Assembly (NCBI GenBank): GCA_043228905.1
Contig: JBHGNT010000004.1
Location: 22,072,001-22,136,000, forward strand
DNA length: 64,000 nucleotides
From: Azolla caroliniana
Taxonomy: Eukaryota; Plantae; Polypodiophyta
Direction of reading: 5' to 3'
The notes beneath the pieces were generated by a model. It worked only from the letters and a program-made list of their open reading frames with translations. It did not search any database and was not told the DNA's origin. This document shows positions 1 to 8,789 of this stretch, one piece after another; the stretch's first letter is position 1; each line of letters starts with the position of its first letter. The position numbers were made by a program, and so were the translations under genes.

Positions 1-625
1 GCAGTAGATCGTCGTCGGATCTGACACCTCTTGCAGGTCCCTAAGTAGCCGCTTCAACCATATGGCTTCGCATGTCGCGACAGCCGCTCCTCGGTACTCA
101 GCTTTAGTGCTCGACAATGCAATTGTCGGCTGCTTCTTACTGCTCCACACGATCGCGGCACTCCCGAGGGAGAACGCGTATCCGGACGTGGATCGGCGAT
201 CGGCGGCGTTGCCAGCCCAATCAGCATCGGTGTAGCCGACTAACTGCGCAGATGCATCGGTCCGATATAGCAGTCCCCGGTCCTTAGTGCCGTTGACATA
301 CCGAAGTATGCTTGCGCACACTGGAGGTGCTCCTCGGTAGGTCGCGCCATGAACTGACTGATCACTTCGACCGGATAACTGAGGTCGGGTCGGGTGATGG
401 TCAAGTATATGAGGCTTCTGACAATTTGTCGGAACCTCGTCGGGTCGCATACCTTTCCCGTATCGGGACGAAGCTTGACGGTTCTGTCCAGAGGAGTCGA
501 GACGGACTTACAGTCGGCCATCCCGAATTTGAAGAGCATACTCAGCACGTAATGACGTTGGCTGATCAATATGCCTTCGGGGGTATGGATCACTTCGATC
601 CTGAGAAGTAATGAAGGTCCCCCAG

Positions 626-1069
626 TGTCAAGATTCGAACTCTTGACATAACCATGTTGTAATTGAGTGTTATGTGTTAACCACACATCTAGCATATAAT
701 CATGTATATACTTCCTCATTGTAGGTTTTAGCTAGCATCATGTGCATAATTTCTCCCTTGTATTATTAACACTTGGCACATGCATGCGTACCTACTGCCT
801 ACATGCTCTATTGTATCACATGTGTGCAACAGGTATGCATGTCAGTTAGTATAAATAGTTGAGTTCACCTTGAAGGAATTCAAGGTGAACAACACCAGTC
901 ATGGACATATCAATCTAGTATTCCCATTTTGCCCATCTTCACTCCTTAATCTTAATCTCTATCTTTATGCTCTTGTGTCATTCCCCATCTTAAGTTCCTC
1001 GCGTCATCACTTCGTCATAGCCTCATCATCCCTGCTCCGTCTTAGTCCGCGCTTGGTGTGTCCATGACA
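626..1069. mobile_element. Solo LTR (444 bp) inserted in the Copia RT coding region
   Basis: Termini TGTCA...TGACA, flanked by a perfect 5-bp TSD CCCAG (621-625 and 1070-1074). Removing it rejoins RT as DMKDLG|DLHYF. Confidence 0.93.
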
Positions 1070-3197
1070 CCCAGATCCTTCATGTCGAACGATGCCGCAA
1101 GCTGGAGCTTCACGCGGTCGATTTCACCTAGGTCGGCGCCGGTGATGACCAAGTCATCAACATATAGTAAAATACTAACCGGTCCGAGTCGACCTTTCTG
1201 GATGAACAGGGAAGAGTTCAATTTTGACGTGACAAAGCCCATCCGACGCAGTTGTTGCGTGATCTTCGCGTTCCAGGCACGTGGGGCTTGCTTCAGTCCG
1301 AAAAGGGACTTCTTCAGTTGGCATACTGCCGAGGAGTTCGTTCCAGAGTGAAATCCGGGGGGTTGTACCATGTACACTTGTTCCTCAAGGTCACCTTGCA
1401 GGAACGCATTCTTTACATCCATCTGATGTAAGTGCCACCCCTTCACCGCAGCTACTGCGAACAAAACACAGACGGTCGTCATTTTCGCGACCGGCGCAAA
1501 CGTCTCATCGTAGTCGATGCCGTGTTTCTGCGCGTAGCCCTTTGCCACTAGCCGAGCCTTGTACTGGTTGACCGAGCCATCGGTGTTGTACTTGACCTTG
1601 TACACCCACCTACACCCGATCGGTTTTTCCCCTCTTGGTGCGTCAACTAGGTCCCAGGTCTTGTTCTTCGCCAATGCGTGCATCTCTTCCTCCATCACGG
1701 CACGCCAATTCGCATCTTTAGCCACTTCTGCGTAGCTCTCCGGCTCACGCACTTCCGCTACACGGGTCATGTACGCATAATGATGCGCCATGTACTCGTT
1801 GTATCCGAACCGCAAAACATGATTCTTCTGGCGGGTAGATCGGCGTAATCTCACATTAGTTGATGTCGAGGCCTTCTCGGTCGACGCAGACTTCACCTTT
1901 AAAGACTCGTCACCGGTTCTCTCGGAGTCGGACTCGCGTCGGTCTGACTCGTTCCTATCCGTGCCGAAATTCGACACCTTCTTCTTCCCTTTCTCTTTGC
2001 GCGTAAGCCGTCTCCTCGGCTTCCTGCGCGGGGAATGCACGGCTGAGTCTCCACTACTCGCCGGCTCTTCATCGGACTGATCGTACCGACTCAGTCGTCC
2101 AATCGGTCCACTTAAACGGAGTGAAATCGGACTCTCTTCGCGGGTCTCGATTTCGGGCTCATTCGGAGGCATCTCGGCCTCGCTGACCTCATTGTCAGAA
2201 CTCGGATTGGAGTCGGGGTTCGGAGTCGGGGGATGGTACCAGGTCGCAGACTCGTCAAACACAACGTCGCGGCTAACACGCGCTTGTTTGGTGCGAGGGT
2301 TATAGCACTTATAACCCTTCTGCTCATCCGAGTAACCGACCAAGATGCATTTCTCGGCCTTTGCGTCCAACTTCCTCCTTTTCTCCTTCGGTACATGCAC
2401 ATACGCAATGCTACCAAACACCCTCAAGTGTCGCAAGTTCGGCTTCGTTCCGAAATATAGCTCGTGCGCTGACACTTTGTCTCCGATCCGGTTCTGGATG
2501 TATACCGCGGCCCTTACCGCCTCGGCCCAGTAGAACTTGGGCAAGCTCTTCTCCTCCAGCATTGCCCGTGCCCCTTATCGTGTAGACGGCATACACTTTC
2601 CACTTTGCTCCAATCCTCGATGAGGCCATTTGCACCATCATCTTCTTCGAGTTTGAGGCCGATCGCCATCCTTTCCATTCGATCGATTGACTTCACGAAC
2701 ATAAGGACCTTATCGACCCCCACCAATCTTTGTTCCCGCTCCGACAATTGAGAAAAATGATGCTCGAAGTCTACGAATGCTTGTGTCGCGCCTTGGTGGG
2801 TCTTCGCTGATGTCACCCATTGGTCGAAGTTGCGTCGATCTTGTCCCTTTAGTCTGTCATAGTCATATTCCTCCAATAGAGCCTTCTCGAAAGTCGCCCA
2901 CGAATCATGAGCTTCTAGAAGCTCTTTTACATCTTTGAAGATCGGTTGAGACACCACCTGACAAAAGTACTCTAGCCTCATAGCTTTGTCCACACCTCTT
3001 GAATCCATCTCCGCATTGTAGACTTTTAGGAAACTTTGGACTTCGGCGCCGTTGAAATAGCTCACTCGCTCGACTACCCTGTCGACGGCTTGTTGGGCTT
3101 CATTTCTTCTTTTCCCTTCTCTCAGAAACTCCATCATCCTTCTTGACATTGCCTCCATGAGATATTCACCATCCATCTTCGTCCTCCCCTGTTGCTC

Positions 3198-3215
3198 TTC
3201 ACGTCGGGTTCACCA
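3198..3215 (-). promoter_or_regulatory. Primer-binding site for tRNA-Trp
   Basis: Plus strand TTCACGTCGGGTTCACCA matches, from memory, the 3' 18 nt of plant cytosolic tRNA-Trp including CCA. It lies 5 nt from the LTR end. Confidence 0.85.
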
Positions 3216-3659
3216 AATGATGTCGCGAAGATTTGCGTGTGCGTGTGCTACTCGAGCGACCACCGGGGTCTTGGACTGGGGAGGACGTTCGCGGAATTAT
3301 CGAAGAGATGACGATCAATGTAAGATTAGATGAAATTGGTTTACTTGAGAAGAAGAAAGATTGTACACTTGAGAAGTAGAAAAATAAGAAGAAGATAAAG
3401 ACAAATATAATTATATTGATGATAGTGGTGTTGGTGATATCACATATTGAGCCCCCCCTTACACAAGCCCAACTAGAGGCTTTTATAGGTCTTTCCATGC
3501 TCGTGACATGCACAAAACCATGGGCTAAAACCATGGTTTTGTGCACACGGTTTTGCTTATGTCATGCACAAACCATGGTTTTGTGCACATGGTTTTCTAT
3601 GGTTGTTTCGTCTATAATTTGTATATGAAAAGGAAATACATAAAATCTACACTATATGA

Positions 3660-3728
3660 TAGTTGTCCTAGTGGTAAGGCAATTATCTTGTATCTTAGAG
3701 GTGCAAGGTTCAATCCTTGCTTGCACCC
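3660..3728 (+). other. tRNA-like A-box/B-box (Pol III promoter-like) cassette inside the nested LTR
   Basis: TGTCCTAGTGGTAAG (3664) and GGTTCAATCC (3707-3716) in a GCAAGG/CCTTGC T-arm stem. Spacing is tRNA-like but the cloverleaf is incomplete. Confidence 0.6.
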
Positions 3729-5677
3729 CTCTGTATGAACTCAAGTGCCACTAGGCTAGGTTTATTTGCTAAGTGCATGTGCAATGTTGCACATCCTTGG
3801 TTTATTCGTCTCACTCGGTTTCACACCGTAGCCGAAAATCGTCACGACACCGTTTCCGTTTCCATGAACCCTTTGAGGTCCCGGAAACAGTCAAAGACTT
3901 CGCTCTTCCTCTCAATGAGGTAGATCCACGTGTGCTGCGTGTGGTCGTCGATGAAGGAGACGAAATATCGGCTCCCGCCAAGACTAACGTTTTGTGCCAG
4001 CCCCCATACATCGAAGTGTATAAGGTCGAGCTTGTTCCGGCTCCGGTTTCGCTCGTTGCGGAAAGGAAGTCGGTGTTGCTTCCCGAGCTGGCAGGCTTCA
4101 CAAATTTGTGCCTTTCGGCCACTAAATTTGGGCAATCCGAACACTACCTGTTTCGATTGCAAATCTTGAAGCCGCTGGTAGTTGACGTGGCCTATCCGTT
4201 TGTGCCATAAGTCGATGTCTGACTCGACTTTTTGTCCCTTCGCGAACATTGCGGTGCCACCGTCAGTAGAGTCGAGGATAAACATCCTCCCATCTCTGCG
4301 CCCTTGCGCAATAATACGGCCTTCTTCCTCAATGAAGCACCCAAGATGCGTAAACCGAACCTGCATCCCCTGGTCGACGATCTGCCCGACCGACACCAGA
4401 TTCTTCGTGATGGTCGAGACGTGTAATACGTTCATAAGTTTCCCTTTCTGCCCGACATGGCTCAAGGGAACTTCACCGACATTCGCAATCGGATGCGGAG
4501 TGTCGTCTCCAATTGCGACTACTCCTGGTTGCGTCGGTTTCTCAAGGTATGAGAACCACTCCTTATGGCTCGTCATGTGGTTTGACGCGCCAGAGTCTAC
4601 GTACCACACCTCGTCCGATCTCGGGGTGGTCTGTTTCATTGAGTTTGCTTAATGTCTCGTCACGAAGGCAGACCCTTCTCCGGCTCTCCCGGAGTCTTCG
4701 GCGTAGTGCGATCGCTGCCGATTTCCCTTGTCGGTATGTCCGGAGCCGTTTTCGGAACCGGTTCTCTCCGAATCGGCGCGCTTCTTCCAACACTCACTTT
4801 CCCTGTGGCCTTTCTTGCCACAGTACCAGCACTCCGCGATGTCCTTCCCTTGCCGGTTCTCATCGCTTCGACTCCCCCTGTTTCCGGAGGGTCCGGAGTT
4901 GCTGTCGGCATCACTTCGGTGCCTTCTTCCTTGATCTCGTCGGCCGCCTCCATTGCGCGCCGACTCGCCTCGTCCTCCACGTCCACGGGGCCTATCTCCC
5001 TCCGTGTACAACATTCTGTTGTCGGTGTGCGTGCTTGTAGACGCACCCGCGTGGTTCTCCTCTACCAGGAGCATTGACTGTAAGTTGAAAAAGGACGACG
5101 TATTCTAACGGGTACACACAACCGTTCGGAACGCTCCGAACTTCGACGCCAAACCTCTGAGACAGATCTTGACCATCTCGCTCTCCTCGATGTTCACCTC
5201 TATGGAGGCGAGGGAGTCGCATATATCCTTTATCTTCGAGGTATAGTCCGCCACCGACAAGTTGCATTGTCGTAGGTTGCTCAACTCCTGTCGGAGCTGA
5301 AGCTTCTTGGCTGTGGTGCTCGCGGCGAAAATCTTCTTCAGATTTTCCCATGCACCCTTCGGCGTCTTTGCATCCCGAACATAGCTCAATAGCTGTTCGC
5401 CCACACACGACGCGAAGCAGTATAATACCCTGCTCGCCGATTGCTCCCACGACGGGAAGTCTCTGTGTGTCAATTCGGGTGCCGCGTCATTAGCTCCTTC
5501 GACATAACTCCAGTAGCCGTGCCCGAGCAGGTACTGGTGCATCTTGTAGGACCAAGACGCGTAGTTGGTTCTTTCGAGTTTCTCTGTTGGAAGCGAGTTC
5601 GCCATGCCTCTATCCATCGTTCTTCTTGTTCTTCTTCGTCAAGTTGTGTCGGCTACAGAGAGGTTCTCAACCCTCGC

Positions 5678-5689
5678 GCTCTGATACCA
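5678..5689 (-). promoter_or_regulatory. Primer-binding site for initiator tRNA-Met
   Basis: Minus strand reads TGGTATCAGAGC immediately after the LTR end. Confidence 0.93.
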
Positions 5690-6145
5690 TGTAAAGAGTA
5701 ACGTGCGGAAGCAAGTATGAAGACCGAACAGAAGGAAGAAAACTCAGGTTTAATGGAGAGCTTGAGCTTACGCAGTATACGCGGGAGAGACAGAGAGAGT
5801 GAGAGAGAGAAAACACAAGAACTATATTCAACAAAAAGTACTCAATCTCTATTCACCACCCTATACATATGTGTGTTCAATGAACACTTTTATACAAGTC
5901 CTAGAAGGACTGACCGAAGTACTGACAGTACTTCAATGCTCATTAAGAGCTCCTACACTAACTCCCAAATATATTCCTCACGGAATATCTTTCCTAACGG
6001 CCTCCCGGTTTACGCATCGATCCGGCCCTACCTACGCACCGGTCTGCGTACCGGTTTACGCATTCGGCCTAACCAATCAGTCCCAACCGATCCGGTCCTC
6101 GGCTTCTTCAGCCGATCCGGCCGATGTTGAGCTTGTCTCTCAACA
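5690..6145 (-). repeat. 5' LTR of the Copia element (456 bp, TG...CA)
   Basis: Runs TGTAAAGAG at 5690 to TCTCAACA at 6145 and directly abuts the PBS. Its start on the minus strand (TGTTGAGAGACAAGCTCAAC) resembles the LTR start at 61690. Confidence 0.88.
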
Positions 6146-6859
6146 ATATACAAGTAAAGAAAACCATTATATGTGTCGTCTCTATTAACATAAGAGTTCC
6201 CAACACACGTACAAAAGGAGGAGTGATTAAGTTTTAGCTAATCACTTTTTAACCTCAATTACTCAACTGACTCAAGTGAAAGATTACGGAAGGGGCAAAG
6301 AGTGTCTAAGCTTGGGTTATATAGGAGGAGAGAATTAGTCAAGAGGGAAGAAGAGCTACAAATATCACCACTAAATAACTTTTTACAACGAGGTTTTTAT
6401 TCCTTTCGCATTGTGGTGGTCCTTTGGCCTAGAACTTTGAAGGGAATTTTGGGCTATTCCACTTTTCTCTAATGTTAAGCTAAGATTGATGTCTTCATGA
6501 ACGATGTTATGTAGGACAGATACTGAACACCCTCATTACATGGATCAAGACCAATTGTAACAAGAGGACATTGTTTTTCCATGCAATAACAAATACTTGG
6601 ACATGGGAATATTTTGGTCATAGTCACATGTACAAAAGAGATGGTCAAGATCATGATGGCCAAACGAGTGTCTGTCTTATATTAAACTTGTGTGAAGTGT
6701 CGAGACTCTTCTAAAATTCCTTGTATTTGTTGGTCGATTTTCTCTGTGTAGTTAATCAAGCGAGGAGGGACATGATCCACAAGCTGCGTACCTCTCTAGC
6801 AAGCAACACCTAGGCCAATGTTGTGCGCATTTCACAAAGCATATATGCACATGAGAGAG

Positions 6860-7153
6860 GCAGGCTTAGCTCAAGCATGAACTCAACCGTTAAACCATTT
6901 TTAAATAGTTTGGTGGTTTAGTGTTTTGGTTTGGTTCGGTTCAAGCTTGAGCTTCCTTAAGTGGTTTGAACTTGGTTTGGGATAGCTCAAGTTGAACCGT
7001 ATCGTTTTGGGCTAAACCAATTTCCAAACCGCTTAAGGCTAAACTGGCTTCTAAACTAGTTTAGGCTTGAAGGGTTTAGGAGCCAGTTTGGTTCGAGTTT
7101 AAAAACCGCGACCGGTAAAGCCGAAACCGAACCGGAACCGTTGTCAATTCCTA
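6860..7153. mobile_element. hAT/MITE-like terminal fragment in the nuclease promoter
   Basis: Dense AACCG/CGGTT/AAACC subterminal motifs ending ...GAACCGTTGTCAATTCCTA (TAGG-type terminus), ~180 bp upstream of the ATG. No partner TIR found. Confidence 0.5.
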
Positions 7154-7332
7154 GTAGCTATGTGCGTGTTTGTGGGAGGGGTATTTTGTGTAATTTCCCA
7201 AAATTGATTTATGAAGCAATACCCCTACCCTCAAAAATACTCTACGATTTAACAGAACAGAACAGAACAGAACAGAACATACCACCACCTTCTTCTTCTT
7301 CTTCTTCTTCTTGCTACAGAGACAGAATACTG

Positions 7333-8749
7333 ATGGGTTGTCCCTCGCTTCTGAATACCTCCTCCTCCTCCTCCTCCTTTCTCTCTCTCTTCTTCTTCTT
7401 CCTCTTCCTCTTCTTCTGTTTCCCTCTGGATCTCTCAACCTTTGGCGTCCGTGCTTGGGGCCAAGATGGTCACTACATCATATGCGCTATTGCACAGGTA
7501 AATCCCTCTTTCCTTCCTCCTATCCATCCATGTATTCAATCATACCCCCCCCGGAAAAAAAAGACAAAGAAAAAAGACTGAAAAAACCCCAAAAAACCTC
7601 CCCCAAAAAAACCTTAAAAAAAAACTTGAGTTTTTCCTTGTTCCCCAAATGCCCTGGTTAATATTGAAAATGCAGAAAAACAATGGGTTGAATTTTACCA
7701 CTTAATTTCTCAGAGGAAATACCACAAAAAACTGAGGGGCATGTCGGGAGAGTAAAACCCAGAGGTGTTTTGCAGTTATTACCTGTAATGTATATTCTAT
7801 GAATGTACCATATATGTCAAATCTGAATTGAATACACTGTAAAGACATATTTTTATGGCTACAGATGGTAGCATGGATTGAATGTATTATATATGCCAAG
7901 CAATGGGGCATGGGTTCCTATGCATTGGAATTATGAAAAATGCTCATTGCTTTTTTGCTTTGAATTTTGATTGAATACATCGATTTAGTCACATTTGTAT
8001 CCCTGGCTTATACATATGAGGAACACAAGTGCGTTTTATTTTTACATTGAATTTGGATTGTTTTAGTCATGTTGTATGTCTTTGCTTAGCATTGATATGC
8101 ACAGGAGCTGAAAAAGTCAACATATTGTGTGGCATTAGTAGTTACATTATATTTGTTAGTAATATTCCTTATAGGCAGTAATGGGCAAATTATAACTCTC
8201 TTGTATCTAGCTATATGAATGCGTACATACATATACATACCTCATTATTTTAATTGAAAACAAAAAAGTTAGAGCCTCATTTCTCCCTTCCCTGATGGAA
8301 CTGAATCAAAGAAAACATGTGCTTTTCCTCGGTTCAGAAATTTTGCTTATCCATGAATGTCAAAGCATTTGAAAGCCTTTCCAGATCCATATTTACCTGA
8401 GAAAATTCAAAACCCAAATGGATGGAAATTATTCTTTCATAGGCTTTTTAATGGAATAGTATTAAGTATCTGATAACTCAACAAGAAAGAGATAATTGCC
8501 ACAGTGCTGAAATCTCATCAAAGTGGTATCTTGTTCTCTATTTGTCACAAAAATTTGCATGTAAATCTTTGGTCCACAATAGGGAAGCATTGATAGCTCT
8601 TTTAGGGCATAAGAGCATGTTTAATACTCTTTCAATACGAAAACATAAATTTTAAAATTAAATATCAAAGCAAGTAGGCCTGGCTAAATATATATATGTT
8701 GATGATATCTCTCTCTCTATATATAATACATTCATACATACATATAACT

Positions 8750-8789
<40 letters not shown>

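Larger units (their letters stand above)
2572..3849 (-). mobile_element. Truncated LTR retrotransposon (probably Ty3/Gypsy-like): LTR, PBS and gag fragment nested in the Copia integrase
   Basis: LTR 3221-3849 with imperfect 14-bp inverted termini (TGTCGCGAAGATTT / TGTCGTGACGATTT), followed by a PBS and a helical gag-like ORF (3176 to ~2575) unrelated to the host Copia. It interrupts the host at ...ETETG and the host resumes at ARAMLEE. Confidence 0.82.
1..6145 (-). mobile_element. Ty1/Copia LTR retrotransposon, degenerate, with two nested insertions; 3' end lies outside the window
   Basis: Minus-strand domain order: gag (5105-5617, UBN-type; zinc knuckle CWYCGKKGHRESEC in 4649-5074), protease VWYVDSGASNHMT, GAG-pre-integrase WHKRIGH...CEAC (3842-4639), integrase C-terminal part and RT (MDVKNAFL, LLYVDDL; 1075-2562), then RNase H (GYTDADWAG...STSGY...AEY; 1-240). 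Integrase before RT is the Copia order. Stops and frameshifts are present. Confidence 0.97.

Noticed and set aside
240-719. 159-aa ORF as an independent gene
   Set aside because: It is a chimera of solo-LTR sequence and the frameshifted Copia RT C-terminus.
312-5701. Many plus-strand and alternate-frame ORFs over the retroelement
   Set aside because: Shadow ORFs of GC-rich gag-pol sequence with no recognisable motifs.
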